Shown here one piece after another: positions 35,592 to 43,983 of a stretch of DNA of 64,000 nucleotides (the first letter of the stretch is position 1; each line of letters opens with the position of its first letter). The notes under the pieces were generated by a model. That model made no database searches. It worked only from the letters and a program-made list of their open reading frames with translations, and was not told the DNA's origin. The position numbers and the translations under genes are program-made. The stretch comes from Anaerolineae bacterium (GTDB taxonomy: Bacteria > Chloroflexota > Anaerolineae > Anaerolineales > UBA11858): NCBI GenBank assembly GCA_011176615.1, contig DUEG01000001.1, forward strand, positions 209 through 64,208. Direction: 5' to 3'.

Positions 35592-36236
35592 TTGCTGCAT
35601 CATTATAAGTTGATGATGATTCTCACAGAAGAACTAATCACTAAAAGGCTTGATTCTCATTATGATCCTCAAGCCACTCCAAATTCTCCCTATCCTCAAG
35701 GTTACCTGTCAGGCGAACCCCAACGTGCATCAGTGCTGATACCATTCCTCCAAAAAGGAGCGGATTGGCACATTCTATTCATACATAGAACTAGCAATCA
35801 AAATGACCTTCACTCTGGTCAAGTTGCATTTCCAGGCGGACGTTTTGACCACAAAGATCGAGACGCTATCAACACTGCTTTGAGAGAAGCCCATGAGGAA
35901 ATTGGAATAGAACCTGATCAAGTTAAAGTGCTTGGAAAATTAAACGACTTTATGACAATAACAAATTACCAAGTGACACCGATAATTGGTGTTATTCCAT
36001 GGCCTATTCCATTAAAACTTCAAATAGAAGAAGTAAAACGAGTTTTTACCATTCCTCTTGATTGGCTGGCAAATGAGAACCATTTTGGAATCAAGGAACG
36101 GAAGATCAAAAATTTTTTCCCATTACCAGTCATCTATTATGAAATGTACGAAAATGAAATCTTATGGGGAGCAAGTGCACGAATAATGCTTTATCTTCTG
36201 TTCGTCTTAGATCTTCTACCGCATGCTTACTTATAG
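35592..36236 (+). CDS. NUDIX hydrolase, CoA pyrophosphatase-like
   Basis: Nudix box GGRFDHKDRDAINTALREAHEEIGI, preceded by the LFIHRTSNQNDLHSGQVAFPGG motif typical of CoA pyrophosphatases. The start is ambiguous (TTG 35592 or ATG 35613). Confidence 0.8.
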   Translation: MLHHYKLMMILTEELITKRLDSHYDPQATPNSPYPQGYLSGEPQRASVLIPFLQKGADWHILFIHRTSNQNDLHSGQVAFPGGRFDHKDRDAINTALREAHEEIGIEPDQVKVLGKLNDFMTITNYQVTPIIGVIPWPIPLKLQIEEVKRVFTIPLDWLANENHFGIKERKIKNFFPLPVIYYEMYENEILWGASARIMLYLLFVLDLLPHAYL

Positions 36237-36269
36237 TTGTAATTATCTAGATACAATCATAGGAATAAT

Positions 36270-36932
36270 CTAATTCCTCTCCCCCACGATCTCTACCGCA
36301 TCAATTTCATTCCAACCTAAACCTAAAACCGTTTGATCAATAATTATATTTATTGTTTTCGATTTAAACTTTGGCTTCTTAACATCAATCGTGAGCGTAT
36401 ACGGACAAGGTTGATCTATATGTACTGGTGGTTGATCATAAACCAATTGTTTCTCACCATTTTCCCCAACTAATATCACCTGAACGACTTGATTTGGATT
36501 ATTTGACTCAATTATATTTATTGTCGTAATTCTTACTGAGAGCGTATATGTTAATACTAAAATTTCAAGAGTATCACTGGCAGCAGATGCCCAGGCAGTC
36601 TGATAATCGCCACATCTTTCCGTATCTGGGATTCCTATCATTTGCTGTGGCGCCCATTCTGGGTCCGAAAATTGACTTGATGCACTGGCATCAATCGCCC
36701 ATTGACTTATTAAATGTTGATCAACATAACCTTGTTCTTCCATTAGCGCCAAGGGAGTTTGATTCAGGTTTTTATGCGGTTCTTCAGGAAGTGAAGTTGA
36801 TGTTGTATTTATCTCTGTTACGTTCTTTTCGGCTCCATTCAAATTTTGCAATTGACATGAAACGCCCCCTACCAAGATAAAAATCGCAGATAAGAAAACC
36901 AAAAGAATTCGTCTTATATACTGATCACGCAT
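36270..36932 (-). CDS. hypothetical secreted lipoprotein with a C-terminal beta-sandwich-like domain
   Basis: Signal peptide with GGVSC. C-terminal pattern WA.DASASSQFS...WAPQQ.IG.PD...AWASA..LEILVLTY...I.IIESNNPNQVVQV...EIDAVEIVG. No catalytic motif recognised. Confidence 0.6.
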   Translation of the reverse strand: MRDQYIRRILLVFLSAIFILVGGVSCQLQNLNGAEKNVTEINTTSTSLPEEPHKNLNQTPLALMEEQGYVDQHLISQWAIDASASSQFSDPEWAPQQMIGIPDTERCGDYQTAWASAASDTLEILVLTYTLSVRITTINIIESNNPNQVVQVILVGENGEKQLVYDQPPVHIDQPCPYTLTIDVKKPKFKSKTINIIIDQTVLGLGWNEIDAVEIVGERN

Positions 36933-37012
36933 TGATGATAATTATCCTACAATTGGATACTGAGAAGTAAAATCCCGCGAGGAAAACCCCCGCGGGACAG
37001 AAGGGAAACCTA

Positions 37013-37666
37013 TTATTCTTCGGTTTCTTCTTCCTCTTTACCCTTCTCGATAACTTCCGGTTCTGCGCCCTCCTCTAGCACTTCTTCCTCTTCCACTTCT
37101 TCTTCAGCAACAGGGGCAGGAGGCGTTGCCAATACAATCATTGCATTAACATCTTCTAGCAATTCAATATTCTTCGGAATTGTAATATCCTTAAGCAAAA
37201 TCGAATCGCCAATATTTTCAAGACTACTGATATCTACTGTGAACTGATCAACCAAATCAGTTGGCAAACACTCAATTTCGAGTTCTTCAAGTCCAGTTTC
37301 GATAAATGCTCCATATTCCTTCGCTGCAGGCGCTTCACCCTCAAGGATTATTCTAACCTTGGCACGAACCTTCTCCGTTAGAGAAACAGCCTGAAAATCT
37401 ACATGGAGTAATGCCCTTGATAATACATCCTTTTGGCGTTCACGAACAAGTACGCTGTATTTCTTGCCATCAACTTTCACAGTCACTAACGTTGAAGAAC
37501 CAACATTTGACAAGGCTCGTGATACTTCCTTCGCATTCAAATAAATAGGGGTCGATTCAACACCCTTCCCATAGAGTACGGCTGGCAGTTTTCCTTCTTT
37601 GCGCAAGTTTTTAACATGCTTCCCAATAATTTCTCTTCGTGATGCATCTAAAACAATTTTATCCAT
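37013..37666 (-). CDS. rplY: 50S ribosomal protein L25 / general stress protein Ctc, with an acidic C-terminal tail
   Basis: The RKEGKLPAVLYGKG motif and Ctc-type two-domain length. ATG 37666 has GGAAGGA upstream. The tracked GTG at 37693 is unlikely. Confidence 0.9.
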   Translation of the reverse strand: MDKIVLDASRREIIGKHVKNLRKEGKLPAVLYGKGVESTPIYLNAKEVSRALSNVGSSTLVTVKVDGKKYSVLVRERQKDVLSRALLHVDFQAVSLTEKVRAKVRIILEGEAPAAKEYGAFIETGLEELEIECLPTDLVDQFTVDISSLENIGDSILLKDITIPKNIELLEDVNAMIVLATPPAPVAEEEVEEEEVLEEGAEPEVIEKGKEEEETEE

Positions 37667-37773
37667 TTTATCCTTCCTCGGAACGCCTCTCACTTATATT
37701 ATATAAGTTACCCTCGCTCCTGTAAATTTGGCAAAGGCTTCCTTTACCTTAACGAAATATTCGAGTTGCTGAC

Positions 37774-37803
37774 AAAAAAAACCGCCACCTTGTTCAAGGC
37801 GAC
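37774..37803 (-). terminator. minus-strand-specific intrinsic terminator about 110 nt upstream of the rplY start
   Basis: The minus-strand RNA GUCGCCUUG-AA-CAAGGUGGC (the stem needs two G-U pairs, so it forms only on the minus-strand transcript) is followed by GG and U8 (A8 at 37774-37781 on the plus strand). Confidence 0.55.
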
Positions 37804-37821
37804 GACGCCATTAACATAAAT

Positions 37822-37850
37822 ATTTTAACTGGCTTGGTTATATTCGTCAA
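37822..37850 (-). promoter_or_regulatory. candidate minus-strand promoter immediately upstream of that terminator
   Basis: On the minus strand: TTGACG (37845-37850), a 17-nt spacer, then TAAAAT (37822-37827). Confidence 0.4.
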
Positions 37851-38035
37851 TAGCGCACATTTCTATTTAGGTATTTTTTTAGGACATTTCTATTTTGCCT
37901 TGCCATTAGCCCACCCTCCATGCTCTACCAACCAATTTAATATCCGGACGCCAATCCCAATTACAGCCCAACATCTCATCCATAATGCGGCATATTTCTT
38001 GCATCAATTAAAACGAGACAATCTCGGAGGTAATT

Positions 38036-38365
38036 ATGAACATTATATCCCAACAAGAAATGATTTTTATTATGACCGCAAGTCTTTTTATCCTCGGGCT
38101 GATTACATTTGTTACAGGCATGATAATCCTCATCACGCGTTCATTTGGTAAGGATATCCGAATATTAACCCAACAAACCGCAAAATTAACTCAAAAGGGT
38201 TTTACAGAAAACATTGCAGGTCTGGTAGGCAATGCTTCTGCGTTACTAAGCGCCACAAGTGAGTTGGTGAAAACCGCTGCAGGAGTAGGTGTTTTTCTCA
38301 CTGTCATCGGTTTAATACTTATGTCAACCTCAGTTGGAATAGTTATGTATGTATATATAGGATAA
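38036..38365 (+). CDS. small membrane protein (2 TM helices flanking an amphipathic segment), first gene of the TPR/peptidase operon
   Basis: GGAGG lies 6 nt upstream of the ATG. TM1 is FIMTASLFILGLITFVTGMIILI and TM2 is GVGVFLTVIGLILMSTSVGIVMYV. The stop lies 4 nt before the next ATG. Confidence 0.7.
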   Translation: MNIISQQEMIFIMTASLFILGLITFVTGMIILITRSFGKDIRILTQQTAKLTQKGFTENIAGLVGNASALLSATSELVKTAAGVGVFLTVIGLILMSTSVGIVMYVYIG

Positions 38366-38369
38366 TTCA

Positions 38370-41300
38370 ATGGAAAAACAAAATCTCATTGCTGATTTAA
38401 AAAATATTTTCCCTGAAAAGAATTGGTCTTGGATAATTCCAACCCTTCAAAACGATCCTTTAGTTTGGGAACAGATCCGCGATACAAAGTTCCGCAGGTT
38501 GGTGGTCGAGAAACTCCATAGAAAACCATTGTTATGGACACCTGCTAATCTAGCCTTGATAGCAATAGATCCTAATATACCCAAAGAGAATCTCACCACC
38601 AATCAATCACCTCTGTCCATTCCATATATTCTCGAAAAGGCTAAAGTTCTATTGCGTGAATATTCTATTAAACCTAATCCGCCCAAATCACTAGCAGAGG
38701 CAGGATATTACGCAATAGCATTGTTAGATGATTTCAACAAAAAGAAAGATTGGAATCAAACCTTTAAACATGTTCTCTCTACAAACGAGCCAAGTATATT
38801 CGAAACCAGTTTAAGGACGGCGCTTGCATGTATTTATAGTTGGTTTCTTCCCCCACAAGATTTCTTGAATGCTCTCTACCGGATTTCAAAGAAAGAATCG
38901 TTAATTATTCATATTATCTTGTCTAATCCTGCACAACCGGAAGAACGTGCCGAATTGTTCACTCACTTGGTCAAACCTTATGATTTAAATTCTAAATTTC
39001 ACTTCGTCGACACATTAAATCAATATGACCCTAAAATTGCTCAAGAAGTCGCAAAACAAATAGTAAGAAGGTTGCCAAGGGATGTGTTTCCTAATCACAG
39101 CAAGAGCATACCGTCCCTCTCTGAAGAGATACAAACATTGCTCGCTAAAGATGGACTTTATACCATTGCCTCTGAAATTTCAAACGCAAAACAAATTCTA
39201 CAAAAAGCATGGGAATCTACAAAGAATCTGAATAATGAGATTGCATTAACATTTGCTAAGCGTGAAGTTAAAGCCGGTCATATTGAGAATGCGCTAGAAA
39301 CGTGGAAGAAGATGGAAGCATCTTCTGACCTCGAACTAACCACGGATTTCATTATCGAACTTATCCAACAACAATATACCAAAGAAGCGAAAAATATATT
39401 CAACAAGATAAATGGTACGCGAGGGAAAATTTCAAGTAGTAACGGTAAATCTCATCCATCACTGACTTTTGTAAAAGCGTTAATGAACTTTAAGGAAGGG
39501 AACCTCCAAGATGCTTATAAATACGCAAAAATCATCCGTGAAGAAATTCAAAATGTCAACAGTAAAACCATTTATCATAAATATTCAAAGAAAAACTTAT
39601 TATCATTGGCGAACTTATTCTTAGATTTGGGTTATCCATTTGATGCTTACCAAGTTACATCGATTGCTCAAAAATATTATGCTAATGACCTGGATATTGT
39701 AAAAGCCCATTATCAATCTCTGAATTTAATGGTTCCTCACACAGAAGACACACTCTTTCATGAGGAAGCGATTAATACTGCCCACCTCGCGACGACCTTA
39801 TCGCCTGACCGAATCGATTTTCGTCGAAATCTCGCAAAAGCATATGAATCCGCTAGGATGTGGGATGATGCTAATAATCAGTGGGTCGAAATTCTCGACA
39901 AACAAGCCACTCCGAGGATTGAAGACCTACGATCATACGCAAAATGCGCTTTTCAGGCTGGATTTAAGGAACAGGCAGTCAAAGCATGTAATTATGGTTT
40001 AAGTATAGATTCAGAAGATGGTCTTACTTATCTTATCTTAGCAAAAATCCATGAGGCGGACGAAAAAGTCAAAAAAGCCTATGATTATTACTCAAAAGCA
40101 CTTCAATATTCTCCGGATGAACCTGATGTCTGGTTAGGATATGCAGATTCTTTGATAAAGCAAGGAAAAAGAGGCGAGGCTATCGCCATCATCAATCGTG
40201 GATTGAATGCTATTCCAAATGCACCATTACTCCACGAGAAAATTGGTGAAATCCATTTATTAAATAAAGATTTCGAGAATGCCGTAGAACAACTGAAAAT
40301 AGTAAATAAATATCTCAATGAGATCCCCTCATCAAAAAATAATGAATTGAGATTGAAAAACGCTTCATCATTAGGGGATGCTTACTATCAGACGGGGAAA
40401 TATAAACAAGCCATCGAAATACTAAAGCCCGTTCATATTGCCCATCCTACTGACCCACATATTGCATATCAATATGCAAAATCATTATTAGAAGCGAATC
40501 AACCAAATAAGGCTATTCAACCTATGGTGCGAGTTCTGCAGACAAACCCCAAAGAAATAGCCCCATACATTGATTATGCAAAAGCCCAAATTGCTGCAGA
40601 AAACGATCCAAAAGAGGCTATACGTTCTCTAGAACATGTGATGAAAATTAAACCAGATCACCAAGAAGCGCTTGCGCTTTTAGGAGATGCATATGCTCAA
40701 GATGATCAACTAGAAAAAGCAATCAAGACATATCAAAAAGTTCTAGAAACCCCTCTAAAAGAGAACCCATTGTGGTTTGTTCGCCTTTCCCATGGTATTG
40801 GGAAAGCCCATCTTCGTATGGGAAAAACAGAGGCAGCAATTACTATGCTCAAACAAGCACAAGCAGAAGATCCCAATAACATCAAGGTACTAAAGACATT
40901 GGCAGACGCCTATATCCAGGCTAAATTACCTGAAAATGCTTTAGAAATAAGTAAAAATGTACTTCACAAGAAACCTGAGGATATTGATGTCCATTTGTGG
41001 TATGCCAAAATTGCAAAATCATTAGACAATTCTTCTGACGCTATCAGGGTTCTAAAACGAGCCAACGAAATCAATCCCGATCGACAAGATGTACTCATAT
41101 CTCTTGGTCAAACTCATTATGACGCAGGGAATATTGATCTTGCCCGACAAACTTTTACAAGCATTGTCAACCACCCAAAAACAAATCTACATGATTTAAA
41201 GAAGGTCGCTTCATATTTATTGACACTTGATGATTTACCTAATGCTACAAAGGCATTGACCAAAGCCCTCGAATTAGCAAAGAAATCATTTGATAACACC

Positions 41301-43937
41301 CAAGAAATAGTCAACACCACAATTGATCTGGCTAAAGTTTATCAATTACAAGACAAGCAAGAAAAAGCGATCCAATTACTCGATGAAATCAGTCAAGACT
41401 CAAATGACCTAACCATCAAACTTTTAAAAGTTCGCATTTTCCATTCATTAGGCAAAACCCAAGCAGCAATCGCGGCATTAGAAGATGCATTCAACCTATA
41501 TCCTGAACACCCCGAATGTCATTTCATTGCGGCTCAAATTTATCGCTCAAAAGGAGATTTGGTTCCTGCCCTTTACCACGCTAGCGAAGTCTTAGCCAAA
41601 CTTCCTCAAAATCAGAAAGCAAGGGTTCTAGCGGCAGAGATCAGCACTTCTGTTTTGGACAAAAAAGAATCCTTAAAATTCTTACAATCAGCATCAATTA
41701 ATGCACAAGATAACAAGCACGGGTGGATTAATAATAACCAAAATGCTGGAGTGCAATACCCCTGCCTCCGAGCAGAGGCTGCTTTGGTTGACAATAATGA
41801 GGTTGAGGCAGCAGATGCGTTAACCCAAGCCATGAAAATCAACTCATCCCACCCAAGGGTTCTCGCTATTCAGGCTCGTCTTACTGCTCGACGGGGTGAT
41901 AATGAGGCTGCCAACGAGATCCTCAATTCGGCTGTCGAAACGCTAAGAAATTCCAAGGCGATCTCAAGGGATCGTTTCCCAATCACCAGTCTCGAAGAAA
42001 ATTCTGATAACGCACAAAATCCATCTGAATTTCCATTTGCTGCCGAAGATTACTTTGGAGTAACCGAAGCATCTATTGAGTTAAATCGTTGGGAATCTGC
42101 TATCTCCTTATCGAAAAAGGGAGCCCATCTAGCACCGTTTGAACCAAAATCACATTTAACTATTGCCCGGACACTTGTGCTACGAGCCGAGATGCAAAGA
42201 ATCTGCAATGACCTACTCATCATCGAACATGCACCAGGTGATATAGCCCTTAATAAACTAGCATGGGATCAATTCGAAGAAGCCATAAAAAAAGTTGAAT
42301 TATTAATCCCTGATCATACTTTATCGCCTAATGAGGATTTAGACACCCTTATTTCCCAATGGCAATTACGTGGCGAGGCAGTCTTCAGTCCCAACGATGG
42401 GTTGATCAAAAATCTTGAAAAATACGATAGCGATGATGTACTTAGCATTTCTCTGATTGAAACTCTTAGACTCTTGAATAAAAATCATCGTGCTGCAGAT
42501 ATAGCCAATAATCTAATAATCCAGCAAGATGACCGGAGTCTTACCAACCCCAAACAATTAATCGTGATCGCATTGGGCTTAGCCGAAACTGACCCTCATA
42601 AAGCTATGATAACAATCCAAGAAGCCATTGAGTCTTATCCAATACACGACTTGCAGAAGACACCACTCCTCTATGCTTTGCTAAGTAAAACAGCATTTCT
42701 CGACTCGGATTATAAGGTGGCGATTGAAGCAATCGATAAAGCATTGGAAATATGGGATAACGAAGCAAACTGGCACGCACTAGCCGCTGACATTATCCTT
42801 GCTCAAGAAAAATCAAATAACGCTAAAATGGGCACAATCTCCCTTTCTCATCAAGCAATTACGGGGATCATCGATCATAGGGAACGTTGCCACCAACTTC
42901 TTCCAAATGACATCAATCATCAAATCTCGCTCGCCAAAACATATCAAATCACTGGGCGTTTATTTGATGCAATAAAGCAATTGGAAGATGCTGTCCACGA
43001 GCACCCCAACCATCCCGAAGCCTGGATAGCATTAGCCGAAATTTACCAAGACAAAGGGGAACTCGACAAAGCTGTCGAAATGAGCAAAAAGGCAATCAAA
43101 CTTGACGAATCGAATAGCAAAAACTTACTATTCTTTGCTCGCTTACTTGTGAACACCAAGAAATTTAAAGAGGCAGCAGAAATAACGAAAGCCATAATCC
43201 ATAATAATCCCAAAAATCCTGATGGCTATTATTTATTATCCAAATCTCTCCTTGGTACTGACAAAAAAGTCGATGCAATCAAAGCCCTTGAAAGAGCCCT
43301 TTCACTCGCTCCTGACGACATCAAATTAGAACTCGAAAAAATTCATTTGCTTGAATTAACGCAAGGGAAAGAAAGCGCATTCAAATCTCTCCAAATGCTC
43401 TCGGAGAAATATCCCAATGAATCTGTTATCCAAATAACATACGCAAAGGAACTTTTACAGAGGAATCAATATGAAGATGCAATCGCCATCACCAAAAACG
43501 CGCTAAATCTTATCAACAATCAAGACGTAGCGGATATTAAGGCATCAGAATTGCATTTCCTTCTTGGACATCTTTATAAAAAAACTGGACAATTGGATCA
43601 TGCAATTCATCATCTATCACAATCCATAAGCCTTAATCCCAACAACGCAAAAGCATATATCGAAGCAGGGAGTACTTACCAAAAACAACATCAGTATCGA
43701 AAAGCAATTGAATCTTTCAAATCCGCAATTGAGATTGCTCCCAATTCTTCAGATGCATACTATCACGCTGGGTTAAATTACAAAAGTATGAAAGATTATC
43801 AAAACGCTGAGAGTATGTTCCGAAAAGCAGCAGAGTATGCACCCAATGATTTATCTATCCATCGACAATTAGGCGCCATGGTTGCAATCAATCTGGTACA
43901 TAATCGTCAGAATTTAGCCGCTGTAGGTGCTGATTAA
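38370..43937 (+). CDS. giant (1855 aa) tetratricopeptide-repeat protein, no signal peptide
   Basis: Uninterrupted 5.6-kb ORF with dozens of 34-aa TPR units, for example AEAWIALAEIYQDKGELDKAVEMSKKAIKLDESN and SDAYYHAGLNYKSMKDYQNAESMFRKAAEYAPND. The first ~450 aa show no obvious TPR periodicity. Confidence 0.9.
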   Translation: MEKQNLIADLKNIFPEKNWSWIIPTLQNDPLVWEQIRDTKFRRLVVEKLHRKPLLWTPANLALIAIDPNIPKENLTTNQSPLSIPYILEKAKVLLREYSIKPNPPKSLAEAGYYAIALLDDFNKKKDWNQTFKHVLSTNEPSIFETSLRTALACIYSWFLPPQDFLNALYRISKKESLIIHIILSNPAQPEERAELFTHLVKPYDLNSKFHFVDTLNQYDPKIAQEVAKQIVRRLPRDVFPNHSKSIPSLSEEIQTLLAKDGLYTIASEISNAKQILQKAWESTKNLNNEIALTFAKREVKAGHIENALETWKKMEASSDLELTTDFIIELIQQQYTKEAKNIFNKINGTRGKISSSNGKSHPSLTFVKALMNFKEGNLQDAYKYAKIIREEIQNVNSKTIYHKYSKKNLLSLANLFLDLGYPFDAYQVTSIAQKYYANDLDIVKAHYQSLNLMVPHTEDTLFHEEAINTAHLATTLSPDRIDFRRNLAKAYESARMWDDANNQWVEILDKQATPRIEDLRSYAKCAFQAGFKEQAVKACNYGLSIDSEDGLTYLILAKIHEADEKVKKAYDYYSKALQYSPDEPDVWLGYADSLIKQGKRGEAIAIINRGLNAIPNAPLLHEKIGEIHLLNKDFENAVEQLKIVNKYLNEIPSSKNNELRLKNASSLGDAYYQTGKYKQAIEILKPVHIAHPTDPHIAYQYAKSLLEANQPNKAIQPMVRVLQTNPKEIAPYIDYAKAQIAAENDPKEAIRSLEHVMKIKPDHQEALALLGDAYAQDDQLEKAIKTYQKVLETPLKENPLWFVRLSHGIGKAHLRMGKTEAAITMLKQAQAEDPNNIKVLKTLADAYIQAKLPENALEISKNVLHKKPEDIDVHLWYAKIAKSLDNSSDAIRVLKRANEINPDRQDVLISLGQTHYDAGNIDLARQTFTSIVNHPKTNLHDLKKVASYLLTLDDLPNATKALTKALELAKKSFDNTQEIVNTTIDLAKVYQLQDKQEKAIQLLDEISQDSNDLTIKLLKVRIFHSLGKTQAAIAALEDAFNLYPEHPECHFIAAQIYRSKGDLVPALYHASEVLAKLPQNQKARVLAAEISTSVLDKKESLKFLQSASINAQDNKHGWINNNQNAGVQYPCLRAEAALVDNNEVEAADALTQAMKINSSHPRVLAIQARLTARRGDNEAANEILNSAVETLRNSKAISRDRFPITSLEENSDNAQNPSEFPFAAEDYFGVTEASIELNRWESAISLSKKGAHLAPFEPKSHLTIARTLVLRAEMQRICNDLLIIEHAPGDIALNKLAWDQFEEAIKKVELLIPDHTLSPNEDLDTLISQWQLRGEAVFSPNDGLIKNLEKYDSDDVLSISLIETLRLLNKNHRAADIANNLIIQQDDRSLTNPKQLIVIALGLAETDPHKAMITIQEAIESYPIHDLQKTPLLYALLSKTAFLDSDYKVAIEAIDKALEIWDNEANWHALAADIILAQEKSNNAKMGTISLSHQAITGIIDHRERCHQLLPNDINHQISLAKTYQITGRLFDAIKQLEDAVHEHPNHPEAWIALAEIYQDKGELDKAVEMSKKAIKLDESNSKNLLFFARLLVNTKKFKEAAEITKAIIHNNPKNPDGYYLLSKSLLGTDKKVDAIKALERALSLAPDDIKLELEKIHLLELTQGKESAFKSLQMLSEKYPNESVIQITYAKELLQRNQYEDAIAITKNALNLINNQDVADIKASELHFLLGHLYKKTGQLDHAIHHLSQSISLNPNNAKAYIEAGSTYQKQHQYRKAIESFKSAIEIAPNSSDAYYHAGLNYKSMKDYQNAESMFRKAAEYAPNDLSIHRQLGAMVAINLVHNRQNLAAVGAD

Positions 43938-43983
43938 ACACTAAACACTGCATAATCTAAATTACATCAGAGATTAAAAACTT

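Noticed and set aside
37834-38151. Tracked 105-aa ORF upstream of and overlapping the 38036 gene.
   Set aside because: There is no SD and the composition is odd (His/Tyr/Phe-rich). It overlaps the well-supported GGAGG-led ORF at 38036 in another frame and lies in a region better explained by promoters.
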